Shown: positions 47,056 through 56,285, numbered from the stretch's first letter. The stretch is 56,680 bases of DNA from a virus (IMGVR_UViG_3300032893_000055:1-56680); one strand, 5' to 3'. Notes: generated by a model not told the origin, from the sequence alone. Translations and numbers: made by a program.

Positions 47056-48613
47056 TTAATCGACTCTCACCATTTGTTATAGTCACATTGTACTTAGTAG
47101 TAAATTTAGTCTTAAAATCAGCAGAATGCTCAACAATATAAATTGATTGATAAACATCTTGTAAACTATTAAAAAGATTAAAAGCTTTAGATTTAAAATC
47201 GTCATCCATTCCGTCCAAAGCCTCATCAAAAAAGGCTATATTTAAACTTGTAAACTTAGTATTATGTAAAACTTCCATAACTGCAATACCGAAGCATAAC
47301 TTAAATATCTGTTTTTGGCCTTTACTTAATTGATTAAATGAACAATTGTTTGCATCTTTGTTTATAACAACATCTATTTTATCTGATGCTTTAATATCAA
47401 AACTTACTACGAATTCAGAATCAAAGTATTCAGACAAATATTGATTGACTTTGGCTTCTATATTAGACACCGTGTTGTTTATTTGAGTTTTTCTTGCTTC
47501 TATTAATATGTTTTCTAAGTCTGTTAAATCATTTAATTTATCTGATAATAAATGAGCTTGTTGTGTAATATTTTTTTGCTCTTGAATATGTTTATTCCAT
47601 TGATTAGTTTTATCTTCTATAAGTTGAATATAAGGATTTTCTTCTGATCTAGTTTCTAACTCAATAATTTGTTCTTTAGACAAACTTATATGTTCTTCTA
47701 TATAATCTTTAGTTGAAGCAAGTTTAGTTCGTTCTTTATATAAAATATTATATTTATCCTGTAAATCTACAGATTTAGAGTTTTTTATAGGATTACCGCA
47801 GGATTTACATTTTTCTTTAGACAATATTGCTAAGTCTTGTTGTATTACTTCGGATTGTGTTTTGTTGTCATTTAGTTGAGTTTGTACTATTTTTAAGTTT
47901 TGAATATAATCTTCAATACTTTGCTTTAATTTAAGTATATCTTCTTGAATTTTAGATTTTGAAGTTTGTTCAAACTTAAGTTTTAATTGAGTTAAATTTT
48001 TGATATCTGATTCAGATTGCCGGATAAGTACATCATATTTTTCTTCTGAATTAATAAGTTTTATCAGATTTTGTGAAATTGTATGTTTGGATTCAGTCAA
48101 ATTAGTTGTAATAGTTTTGATTAAATTCAAATCTACTATGTTTTCGAATAACTGACGTCTTTGTTTTGCTGTCGCTGTAAAAAATCTAGCCGAAATAGAA
48201 TTCTCATTATAATATGTACTTGCTAAAAATGTTGAAGAATTACTATTTATAATAGCGTTGATTTTTAATTGAGTATCATTTATATCTTTACCGCGAATTG
48301 GAAGGCTACCATTTAGTCTGTAATAAAGATCCGATTTAGAACCGCCGCGAGACCTAAATATAACGAGTTCGTTACCGGCCCATTCTAAGCATATTGAACC
48401 TACTGTAGGTCCGTCTTTATTCCACGCGATTACTTCGTCAACTGCACCGTCCTTGGCAGTTATTCCAAACAAAATCCATGGTAAAACATCACATAATGTG
48501 CTTTTGCCTGAACCCGTAGAACCATGAATAAGAACCAGCCCATTATCATCAAAATCAAATTTAAGTCTACGATAAGATACAAAATTTTCTATTTCACAGC
48601 TATGAATTCTCAT
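47042..48613 (-). CDS. SbcC/Rad50-like ATPase (T4 gp46-like)
   Basis: IENFVSY, GSTGSGKST, hook CKSC, LSKGQ signature, FFDE..LD, VEH. Confidence 0.9.
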   Translation of the reverse strand: MRIHSCEIENFVSYRRLKFDFDDNGLVLIHGSTGSGKSTLCDVLPWILFGITAKDGAVDEVIAWNKDGPTVGSICLEWAGNELVIFRSRGGSKSDLYYRLNGSLPIRGKDINDTQLKINAIINSNSSTFLASTYYNENSISARFFTATAKQRRQLFENIVDLNLIKTITTNLTESKHTISQNLIKLINSEEKYDVLIRQSESDIKNLTQLKLKFEQTSKSKIQEDILKLKQSIEDYIQNLKIVQTQLNDNKTQSEVIQQDLAILSKEKCKSCGNPIKNSKSVDLQDKYNILYKERTKLASTKDYIEEHISLSKEQIIELETRSEENPYIQLIEDKTNQWNKHIQEQKNITQQAHLLSDKLNDLTDLENILIEARKTQINNTVSNIEAKVNQYLSEYFDSEFVVSFDIKASDKIDVVINKDANNCSFNQLSKGQKQIFKLCFGIAVMEVLHNTKFTSLNIAFFDEALDGMDDDFKSKAFNLFNSLQDVYQSIYIVEHSADFKTKFTTKYNVTITNGESRLNGET

Positions 48614-49589
48614 CGGCTAAATCTCTCCATACTTCTTTTATATTAGATTTTTTAGCCGGTGTCCAGTCTTGTTGTTCAATCAATTCATCTATAAGTTCAT
48701 TTGTATTTAATGTGTTTGTTTTATATTCACATATTTCATCGTTAGTTGAGAATTCTATGCGAGTTTGTGCAGGTATAAGATTAAGTTGATTACATATTTT
48801 TTCTTTATTAAGTTTCAATAATTCAGCATTAGATATATGTAGTTTCAGCCACACATAATCGTCTTTTGAAACAGTAATATTCTGTATGTTTTTCCAATCA
48901 AATTCATATTTAATGTGTCTGCCTAAGTTAGTAGAAACAAATTCGAGACTTCCATCTTCATATAAAATTTGATACCCTTTTTCAGGGTCTTTGGCTTCAC
49001 CAAAAGAAGTTGTAAACGGATTCCCTATATAAGAAAATAAGTTATCACCGATTTTGATATCTTGCCTGGCATGATAATGTCCAGAAATAACTCTGTAGTC
49101 TTTAACCCAATCTTTAAGAATCGCAGTTTTATCGAATGTATATTCGCCAGGAAGCGCAGACACTAAGCCTTGATGCATTATAATCCTGCTGTTTGTGGGT
49201 ATATCATTTATGATATGTCTGAACTCCATTAAATCATACTGATAAGGAATACAGTAGCTATCGATAGGTTCTATATATTGCGGCGTGTCTATTACATGAG
49301 CGTAAGGTTTAAGGAAGTTTAGGCTATGCTCATCTGATTTTTCATTTATTTTATCATGATTCCCTACTAAGATGTACACTTCGCAGGTGTACGGAGTCAA
49401 TGTGGATATGAGTCGATTAATGCACTCTCCTCTGAGGTTAGCTTTGGTATCATGTAAATCGCCCGCTATTACTAGCGGTAGTTGTAGCTTAGTAGCGTGT
49501 TTTAGAGCTAAGTTTATAGCTTTGTCTGCTCGTTCTAATGTTTGTACGCTATAATGTACATCTGAAATCAAAACAGCTATTGGCTTCAT
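48600..49589 (-). CDS. SbcD/Mre11-like nuclease (T4 gp47-like)
   Basis: SDVH, AGDLHD, GNHD, SGHYH, YIGNP; coupled to the SbcC-like gene. Confidence 0.9.
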   Translation of the reverse strand: MKPIAVLISDVHYSVQTLERADKAINLALKHATKLQLPLVIAGDLHDTKANLRGECINRLISTLTPYTCEVYILVGNHDKINEKSDEHSLNFLKPYAHVIDTPQYIEPIDSYCIPYQYDLMEFRHIINDIPTNSRIIMHQGLVSALPGEYTFDKTAILKDWVKDYRVISGHYHARQDIKIGDNLFSYIGNPFTTSFGEAKDPEKGYQILYEDGSLEFVSTNLGRHIKYEFDWKNIQNITVSKDDYVWLKLHISNAELLKLNKEKICNQLNLIPAQTRIEFSTNDEICEYKTNTLNTNELIDELIEQQDWTPAKKSNIKEVWRDLADENS

Positions 49590-49777
49590 TTTTTTCTTTT
49601 ATTAACTTTTTTAACATCAATAATAATTTTACCGTGTTTATCAGTTTTAATTGAACTATCTTTAGCTCGTAGAGCTGTGTGTTTTCTATATTGATCCATA
49701 GCTAAATCTGATAAGCATTCAAACATATAAAGATGCATAGCGGCCAATTGTTTTTTAGTAATTTTAGGTTTTTTCAT
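49586..49777 (-). CDS. Small basic hypothetical protein
   Basis: 63 aa, AAGGAG RBS. Confidence 0.6.
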   Translation of the reverse strand: MKKPKITKKQLAAMHLYMFECLSDLAMDQYRKHTALRAKDSSIKTDKHGKIIIDVKKVNKRKK

Positions 49778-49817
49778 AAGCTCCTTATCGGGTATAAATT
49801 CAGTGTTTTAAGCATTT

Positions 49818-50024
49818 TTATACCTGTTCGGGTTTATTTTTTAGCTTCTCAAGTAATTCATAAGATCTTTTTAATTCTTCATAAGCTGAGTATTCTATAA
49901 CATGAATACCGTTATTGTCGAGGTCATCTTTAGTCGGATTCTCAATAACATTTGTAGTGACCTGTTTTAAAATACCATTTACGTAATTATAAACCCATGC
50001 AATATGAAATTCTCTAGGTTTCAT
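49818..50024 (-). CDS. Hypothetical protein
   Basis: 68 aa; IHVIEYSAY then coiled coil. Confidence 0.6.
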   Translation of the reverse strand: MKPREFHIAWVYNYVNGILKQVTTNVIENPTKDDLDNNGIHVIEYSAYEELKRSYELLEKLKNKPEQV

Positions 50025-50284
50025 TTTTTAGCTCCTTGATCAATCCAAATTATAATTTTTTCACGTTCTTCGTCAGTAAGGCCTGTAACGTTATTATAAG
50101 GAGGCATTTCTTTGTTTTTAAGTTTAAATTTTATGGTGCCTGCGTATTTATGCGCGTTTTCATAAATAGTCCAGTCTTTGCCTGGTTGGATTTGTTCAGT
50201 ATGGCATGCATAGCACCTAGACACGAAAATAGGTTGTACATCTGAAAACGTTAGTACTGCGATTAACGCTAATTCATTCATCAT
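50021..50284 (-). CDS. Monoheme cytochrome c-like protein
   Basis: F.DVQPIF..RCYACH, distal MPP, LTDEEREKIIIWIDQGA C-terminal helix. Confidence 0.75.
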   Translation of the reverse strand: MMNELALIAVLTFSDVQPIFVSRCYACHTEQIQPGKDWTIYENAHKYAGTIKFKLKNKEMPPYNNVTGLTDEEREKIIIWIDQGAKK

Positions 50285-51137
50285 AACTCTCTGTCAGTTC
50301 TATACCTTTAGACGTAATGTCTAATTCTATGATTTTAGGGCCTGGATTAGCTTTATTAATATGATTTTTAAACAATCGCCAACTAACTTTAGCACCTATA
50401 CGAACTTTTTCGCCTTTAACTGTTTTCTCAAGCCAGGATTTACGGCTAGTTTGATAAGTAAGACTACTAAAAAAATTAACAGCTTTACCGCCTGCGTTAG
50501 TTTTACCGGGGCTTCCTATGTTGTCATAAGTATAATTAATAATGAGTATGGCTACATCATGTTCATCGCGTTTAGCTACAAGTTTGTTAAGTCCTAAGCG
50601 ATTAATTTGGCCTTTACCGCCTGGTTTTTGGCTTTGTTCTACTAAGTCTAGCTCCATATCACGCTTAGACACCACGTTGCCTAACGAATCGAATACGACT
50701 AGTAGTTTATCGTTAGGGTATTCTTTAAAAAAATTGTCCCATAAAGCAAACATTAATTCGAATGCTTCTTCGGCTACGGATGATTGTACTAACATGACTT
50801 GTAATTCGTCTACGCCATAGTTTTTTAAGTCGTTTTTAGTAGTTTTGCCTTCAGTTTCTACGTATAACACGCCATATCCTTGGGATTGGGCAGCCTTCAT
50901 AGCATCGATAGCACAAGATGTTTTACCGGAGTCTGAATCCCCAGCTATCATAACGATTTTATTTAAAGGCAATCCTGGAGTATTAGTCCCTTTTTGCCAC
51001 CATTCAGGCATAATCAGAAAATTCTCGTTTTTGAGTTCAGTAAGTTCGCTGCCGATGCCGAACTTGTTGGACATTTTTTCATCTTTATACAGGGCTTTGG
51101 TTTTTGAGACTACTTTGTCTAGATCAAATTTTTTCAT
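50274..51137 (-). CDS. RecA/UvsX-like recombinase
   Basis: GLP...AGDSDSGKT, YVETE, VFDSLG, GGKAVNFFSS. Confidence 0.85.
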   Translation of the reverse strand: MKKFDLDKVVSKTKALYKDEKMSNKFGIGSELTELKNENFLIMPEWWQKGTNTPGLPLNKIVMIAGDSDSGKTSCAIDAMKAAQSQGYGVLYVETEGKTTKNDLKNYGVDELQVMLVQSSVAEEAFELMFALWDNFFKEYPNDKLLVVFDSLGNVVSKRDMELDLVEQSQKPGGKGQINRLGLNKLVAKRDEHDVAILIINYTYDNIGSPGKTNAGGKAVNFFSSLTYQTSRKSWLEKTVKGEKVRIGAKVSWRLFKNHINKANPGPKIIELDITSKGIELTESYDE

Positions 51138-51535
51138 CCCATGTTTCCTTTAGCGATTTGTCTAAAATAAACGTGAGCTTGTCCGAAAATATCATAATAC
51201 CGCTCTAAATCAGATTTTTCAACTTCAGCCTCGTCAAAAGATTTTTGTTCGCCTATAACCATTTCATTAGAATCTATTAACGAGTTAAGATAAGCTTCAG
51301 TAGGTTTTTTCTCATGTTTTTCGCATGCTTCCATGTATAATACTGCACGGATAGCTTTTATACCGGATTTACGCATTCTAGAATCTAGATCAGCTTTACG
51401 TAATTGAGACGATACTTGCATTTGAGCATATAAAAACTCACCTGAAAGTTTTTCAGCCTGATTCATAGTAATGTCTTCGGTATAAGCGTTCTTGATTTTG
51501 TGTTCGAGTTGTTCGCAAAACGATTTAAAGTCCAT
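51134..51535 (-). CDS. Helical protein, possible UvsY-like recombination mediator
   Basis: 133 aa coiled coil directly upstream of the RecA-like gene; mostly a positional inference. Confidence 0.35.
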   Translation of the reverse strand: MDFKSFCEQLEHKIKNAYTEDITMNQAEKLSGEFLYAQMQVSSQLRKADLDSRMRKSGIKAIRAVLYMEACEKHEKKPTEAYLNSLIDSNEMVIGEQKSFDEAEVEKSDLERYYDIFGQAHVYFRQIAKGNMG

Positions 51536-51972
51536 TAAAAATCCATTCCTAGGCTTACGCCTAACATGCCGTTAGTCATTCCAAACGCCCCTACAGTAAA
51601 CCCGCCTAAAACAGGTTTGGTAACGCTGATACCGTAGGTAGGTGTATTAAACAAATGCGGTGTTTGTTCGCCGATTAAAACGCTTACGTTAACAGCTTTA
51701 GATTTAGGAATAGGCTGGAAAACCGTGTCTACAGTTTGTTTAGTATCAGATTTATGTTCAGACGTAGTATCCTTAGTCTCAGTGATTTGTTTTGAACCGT
51801 CTGGTTTTTCGATAGTGATTATTACATCGTGTGTTTTAGTATCAGTTTGAGAATCTTTTTGAGTTTGGGTGTCTTCAGATTTTTTAGGATCGGGAATACT
51901 TTTTTTGCCATATTGAAAACATTCAAATCCAAACACAATCACCGAGATTCCAATAACGACGTATTTAAGCAT
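51535..51972 (-). CDS. Membrane-anchored protein with C-terminal amphipathic beta strands
   Basis: N-terminal TM, T/K/D-rich linker, ends GVSLGMDF. Confidence 0.6.
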   Translation of the reverse strand: MLKYVVIGISVIVFGFECFQYGKKSIPDPKKSEDTQTQKDSQTDTKTHDVIITIEKPDGSKQITETKDTTSEHKSDTKQTVDTVFQPIPKSKAVNVSVLIGEQTPHLFNTPTYGISVTKPVLGGFTVGAFGMTNGMLGVSLGMDF

Positions 51973-52138
51973 AAAAGCTCCTTGTTATTAACAAACTAAT
52001 AACGATTATAGTAGGCATAAACGCAGCTAATAAAACGACAGGTATAAGCATTTTAACGGTATCTAATTCAGGTGTAGTATAATACTCGTTACCGAGTTCG
52101 TCTGTATGGATATAATCTTGTTTAGTATATGTTTTCAT
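51965..52138 (-). CDS. Small membrane protein (57 aa, not in ORF track)
   Basis: AGGAGG RBS; C-terminal hydrophobic LIPVVLLAAFMPTIIVISLLI. Confidence 0.65.
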   Translation of the reverse strand: MKTYTKQDYIHTDELGNEYYTTPELDTVKMLIPVVLLAAFMPTIIVISLLITRSFYA

Positions 52139-52153
52139 ATATCCTCCTGACTT

Positions 52154-52182
52154 AATATAACATAGTTAAAGTTTTATATCAA
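52154..52182 (-). promoter_or_regulatory. Candidate sigma70-type promoter for the recombination block
   Basis: TTGATA-17 nt-TATATT with TG extension; then GGAGGATAT-ATG. Confidence 0.55.
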
Positions 52183-52648
52183 GCAAAAGTTTTTCGAGTT
52201 CAGACATATTGTTAATCATGTTTATTAATAAGTCGTAATAATGTTTACCTCGTTCTTCGTCTATTTCATAGGTAGGATGAGTAGCTTGATTAGCGGCATA
52301 CGCGGCGTGAGCCGCATGAGAACAAGCCATTCTGCCAGCAGCAGCATAAGCAGCACGAGCAGCAGCATTGCGAGCATACTCGGAGGGGGTAACAGTAAAG
52401 CTCTGATAAGCTTCGCGCGCAGCATCCATTAATTCGTCGGTAGTTATATTTTTACCGTGTAACCATTGCTCGACTAGGTTTAAACACTCAGATGCGATTC
52501 TGGTAGACCCAAAACTATTGGCATACATAGCGCACTCATAAGCATATTTGACTAAGAACTTATGGCTAAACTCGTTTTTATGTAAAACGTTTCTAACACG
52601 ATCGATATAAGTCATTTTATGATTTATAAGAGAGCCAAGGGAACCCAT
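52166..52648 (-). CDS. Imm-5-like family member E (Ala-rich core with mixed codons)
   Basis: NEFSHKFLVKYAYECAMYANS..CLNLVEQWLHGK..AARAAYAAA..HAAHAAYAA..MSELEKLLL; start may be 52615. Confidence 0.8.
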   Translation of the reverse strand: MGSLGSLINHKMTYIDRVRNVLHKNEFSHKFLVKYAYECAMYANSFGSTRIASECLNLVEQWLHGKNITTDELMDAAREAYQSFTVTPSEYARNAAARAAYAAAGRMACSHAAHAAYAANQATHPTYEIDEERGKHYYDLLINMINNMSELEKLLLDIKL

Positions 52649-53130
52649 TATACTATCTCATCGATGAGTCCTAAATCGAGACATTCTTGAGGAGTAAGAT
52701 AAGTATCGTTTAAATGTATGTGATCCCATTCAGTAGCTTTTGTACCGGTGTAGTGTTCTAACAAGTTATTCCACTGATTTTCCATCCTGCGTAATTGACG
52801 GACTTCAGCTTCTAGGTTAGACACCGAGCCGGATACTTCACCTGAATCTTCGTGAACCATAACCCAAGATTCTTGAGTCAAAAGTCGTTTATTACCAGCG
52901 GCTAGAATCAAAGTAGCGGCTGAAGCTACGTAGCCCATGCCGATGACTGTTATATAGCGTTTACTGAGTCTCATTAATGAGACTATGGCTAGTGCGGCAT
53001 GAGCATCACCGCCTGCGCTATGAAGTTGGATTTGTATTTTTTTGGAATCAGTAGACCTAAGAGCTTCTGAAAATGAAGTTAACATGTCTTCGTCGATATC
53101 GCCTATTAAATTAATTACAGGTAAGCTCAT
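52648..53130 (-). CDS. ClpP-family (S14) protease, cytoplasmic
   Basis: SAGGD, VASAATLILAAG (Ser), VMVHE (His), DTYLTPQECLDLGLIDEI (Asp). Confidence 0.9.
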   Translation of the reverse strand: MSLPVINLIGDIDEDMLTSFSEALRSTDSKKIQIQLHSAGGDAHAALAIVSLMRLSKRYITVIGMGYVASAATLILAAGNKRLLTQESWVMVHEDSGEVSGSVSNLEAEVRQLRRMENQWNNLLEHYTGTKATEWDHIHLNDTYLTPQECLDLGLIDEIV

Positions 53131-53148
53131 ATATCCTCCAATATAAAT

Positions 53149-53177
53149 AGGTTAGCATAAGAAAAAGTATTAATCAA
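53149..53177 (-). promoter_or_regulatory. Candidate sigma70-type promoter at the head of the minus-strand arm
   Basis: TTGATT-17 nt-TAACCT with TG extension; then GGAGGATAT-ATG. Confidence 0.55.
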
Positions 53178-53382
53178 GAAATTTAAAGCTGAGCGCTAAG
53201 GGTAAGCATTAAGCTTAAGAATAAACGCTATATATTACGTTAAACCCTTGATTCAAAGAAAAAAACATTAAAAAAAGAAAAAGGCTAAAGACTTAAACAA
53301 TTATAACTATAGTCATAACATTAATGTCAATACCCGAGCTTAAAATAGTAGACTTTAATTAAATTTTAAGATAATATGACTT

Positions 53383-53862
53383 ATGCCTATACAAGTTATT
53401 AAAAATAAGCTTAAGAAACGGAGTCTTAAGTTCCAAACAACGACAGAAATATTAGAAACTTATGAATTTAGCTATAAGTTTTTAGTTAGATACGTGGCTA
53501 AGGTGTTTGAATATAAGCTAATTACGACTTATGCTGCTAACAAAATACCTAGTGAATATATGGTTATTTTAAACTTCGCATATCAAATAAGCGAAGGAAT
53601 TCACATACCTGAAGACGAATTGATACGAGTACATGATTATACTTTAGACATAGGGGCTAATATATCGTTTGTAGCTTGGGCGGCTATAAGCACTATTATC
53701 CATAAACACGAAGCTAGTGAGTTTTGTATTTATGCAGTACATTACGCTCACCATGACGGTGATATGCGTAAAACCAGTAAAGAACTTAAAAAACTACTTT
53801 TAAATCAAATAGATACAGACTTATCTAAAGTCGCTAAAACCATGTTAGGATTACCAGAATGA
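53383..53862 (+). CDS. Highly diverged Imm-5-like family member
   Basis: ILETYEFSYKFLVRY ~ ILYNNEFSHKFLVKY; LLLNQI..LSKVAKTML ~ LLINMI..MSELEKLLL. Confidence 0.55.
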   Translation: MPIQVIKNKLKKRSLKFQTTTEILETYEFSYKFLVRYVAKVFEYKLITTYAANKIPSEYMVILNFAYQISEGIHIPEDELIRVHDYTLDIGANISFVAWAAISTIIHKHEASEFCIYAVHYAHHDGDMRKTSKELKKLLLNQIDTDLSKVAKTMLGLPE

Positions 53863-55154
53863 TAACAATCCATGTTAATAACAGTTATAGTCAAATACGC
53901 GATATACCGATTCCTGAATTTAAAGAACTTAGAGATTTGTTGTCGTATCAAGATAACATAAAATCCATATATTTTTCAGGAGGTTATCCTAGAACTAAAT
54001 ACTGCATCGATAACAAAGGTAACTTTCCTACTGGATTACTCTATAAAGTAGAGAAATTCTTAAAACTTAAAAACTTGCCGTTTGACAAAGTTTTAAACAA
54101 TCTGAAAGTCATCCCTACGGTTGATCACGGATATTTAGACACCATGCAGCCTTACGATGCCCAAATAAACGCCATATTAGCCGTTAATTCAACGAATAGA
54201 GGAACATTAGCGCTACCCACCGGTAGCGGCAAAAGTCTCGTTATAGCGATGATTACAGCGGTTTTACGCGTAAAAACCCTTATTATAGTCCCTAACTTAG
54301 AAATCAAGCGCCAGTTAACAGAATCGTTTAAAACTATGTTTAAAACCATGCGACACATAACAATCGAGAATATCGATTCTAACGCTCTAAAACACGCTAT
54401 AGACTACGATTGTTTGATTATAGATGAGGCCCATCACGTTGGTGCAAAAACTTACCATAAGCTCAATAAAAGCGTTTGGCAAGGGATTTACTATAGATTC
54501 TTCCTTACAGCTACTCCGTTTAGAAACGATCCTGAAGAACAACTGCTTTTTGAAGGCATCGCCGGACAAGTAATATACCAACTCACATATAAAGAAGCCG
54601 TAAACGAAGGATATATAGTCCCTGTAGAAGCCTATTATATTGAAATCCCTAAACAAAAAACAAATGCTTATACCTGGCAGCAGGTTTATAAAGAACTCGT
54701 TATTAATAACGACGTTAGGAATACAGCTATTGTCTCAATTTTAAACACTTTAAAAAATGAGCATTGCTTATGCCTAGTGAAAGAAATAGCCCACGGTGAA
54801 ATATTAGCAAACTTGAGTGGAGTCCAATTTGCTAACGGCCAAAACGAAGACTCCCGTCAATTTATTAGACAATTTAACGAAGGCAAAATCAAACAACTAA
54901 TAGGAACTCAAGGGATTATAGGCGAAGGCGTTGACACCAAGCCTTGCGAATACGTTATTATAGCCGGTCTTGGAAAAGCTAAATCAAGTTTTATGCAGCA
55001 GATAGGTAGAGCAGTTCGCAAATATAAAAACAAGCAATCAGCTAAAATAATCTTGATTTTAGATAAATCACATAAGTTTTGTGCTAGACATTTCAAAACT
55101 CAGTGTGGTATTCTTGCTGAAGAATATGGCGTAGAGCCGAGAAGGTTAGAATGA
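53859..55154 (+). CDS. SF2 DNA helicase (UvsW/ResIII-like)
   Basis: PTGSGKS, IIDEAHH, TATPFR, GEGVD, QQIGRAVR. Confidence 0.9.
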   Translation: MITIHVNNSYSQIRDIPIPEFKELRDLLSYQDNIKSIYFSGGYPRTKYCIDNKGNFPTGLLYKVEKFLKLKNLPFDKVLNNLKVIPTVDHGYLDTMQPYDAQINAILAVNSTNRGTLALPTGSGKSLVIAMITAVLRVKTLIIVPNLEIKRQLTESFKTMFKTMRHITIENIDSNALKHAIDYDCLIIDEAHHVGAKTYHKLNKSVWQGIYYRFFLTATPFRNDPEEQLLFEGIAGQVIYQLTYKEAVNEGYIVPVEAYYIEIPKQKTNAYTWQQVYKELVINNDVRNTAIVSILNTLKNEHCLCLVKEIAHGEILANLSGVQFANGQNEDSRQFIRQFNEGKIKQLIGTQGIIGEGVDTKPCEYVIIAGLGKAKSSFMQQIGRAVRKYKNKQSAKIILILDKSHKFCARHFKTQCGILAEEYGVEPRRLE

Positions 55155-55321
55155 CAAAAAATATTAACGAGATTATAAATTTTATTGATTATTTAAAAAA
55201 TCAAGAATACATAAGCTTATCGACTTATACATCAATTTTAAATGATATTTATCAAAAAGATAAAAAAGAAGAACAACCCGTAAACCTCCCATTAGGGAAA
55301 GGACAAAATGAAAAAAATTAA
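55151..55321 (+). CDS. Hypothetical protein (56 aa, not in ORF track)
   Basis: ATGA overlap with the helicase stop; fills the gap. Confidence 0.5.
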   Translation: MTKNINEIINFIDYLKNQEYISLSTYTSILNDIYQKDKKEEQPVNLPLGKGQNEKN

Positions 55322-56285
55322 ACTCATCCTAGCAATCACCGTAACATTGTTTTCAATTTTCGTTATTCTGAAAGCTGCTGCATCTAACAACACGGTTAAA
55401 CGAATCGTTTTAACTTCTAAAAACACTATCGCTCTTAGAGACCAAATTAATAGCGAAACTACAGCCGATATTATGGATCAAGCTAGAAGTCTTGATAAAA
55501 GCTTTATTATGTCTAAAATTTTTAATGATCCTATTTATTTAGTTTTACGAACACCAGGGGGCGATGTTCAATCAGGATTAGAAATGATTGAATCATTACA
55601 TGGTTTAAATCGTCGTATCGACACAATCACTGTGTTTTCAGCAAGTATGGGATTTCAGACAGTGCAGCAATTAGGCACACGTTATATCCTCACTAATGGC
55701 ATCCTCATGAGCCATAGAGCTAAAGGCACATTCGGCGGTGAATTTGGAGGATTAAAACCAGCCCAAATCGATAGTTATAAAAATTTCTGGGAACGCCGAA
55801 TTGATGAACTAGATGCAATGACTGTTTATCGTACACACGGATTACAAACTCTTGAGTCTTATCGTCAGGCTTATGCTCCTGAAATGTGGTTAACAGGGTC
55901 TCAGTCTGTAGACCAAGGATATGCAGACCAGTTAGTGACTATATCTTGTGACTCGAGTTTGTCAGGTAGTACGGTCCATGAAACCGCAGGTCCGTTTGAC
56001 ACGACTATATCCTATGAATTGGATGATTGTCCAATTTCAAGTACTCCTAGAAATATTAAGATTTCAGGATTTTTGACTAACAAAGGTTATATGTCTGTAG
56101 ACGAATTTAAGTCTAAAAACGGCGGATATGGCGCAGCTTGTTTGTTAGCCGCTAACACTAATGCTAATTTGGTTTGTGCGTCAGACACAGCTGTCTCATC
56201 TGAAGACTTAAACAAGATTAAACTTGATTTTATGCGTAAATTCGTTAACATTAAAGACAACGTAATACCGTTGGAGATCCATTAA
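55308..56285 (+). CDS. Exported/membrane-anchored ClpP-fold protease
   Basis: MKKIKLILAITVTLFSIFVIL leader; TPGGDV, FSASMG (Ser), LMSH (His), EMWLT...V..GYAD; four Cys in the C-terminal extension. Confidence 0.75.
   Translation: MKKIKLILAITVTLFSIFVILKAAASNNTVKRIVLTSKNTIALRDQINSETTADIMDQARSLDKSFIMSKIFNDPIYLVLRTPGGDVQSGLEMIESLHGLNRRIDTITVFSASMGFQTVQQLGTRYILTNGILMSHRAKGTFGGEFGGLKPAQIDSYKNFWERRIDELDAMTVYRTHGLQTLESYRQAYAPEMWLTGSQSVDQGYADQLVTISCDSSLSGSTVHETAGPFDTTISYELDDCPISSTPRNIKISGFLTNKGYMSVDEFKSKNGGYGAACLLAANTNANLVCASDTAVSSEDLNKIKLDFMRKFVNIKDNVIPLEIH

Noticed and set aside
53299-53330. TTGACA...TATAAT perfect consensus promoter on the minus strand
   Set aside because: Spacer is 19 nt, so it is not called; the 17-nt-spaced candidate at 53149-53177 is preferred.
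56067-56081. GGATTTTTGACTAAC resembling the late motif
   Set aside because: One base short in the core, mid-CDS, and not ahead of a late block; likely chance.
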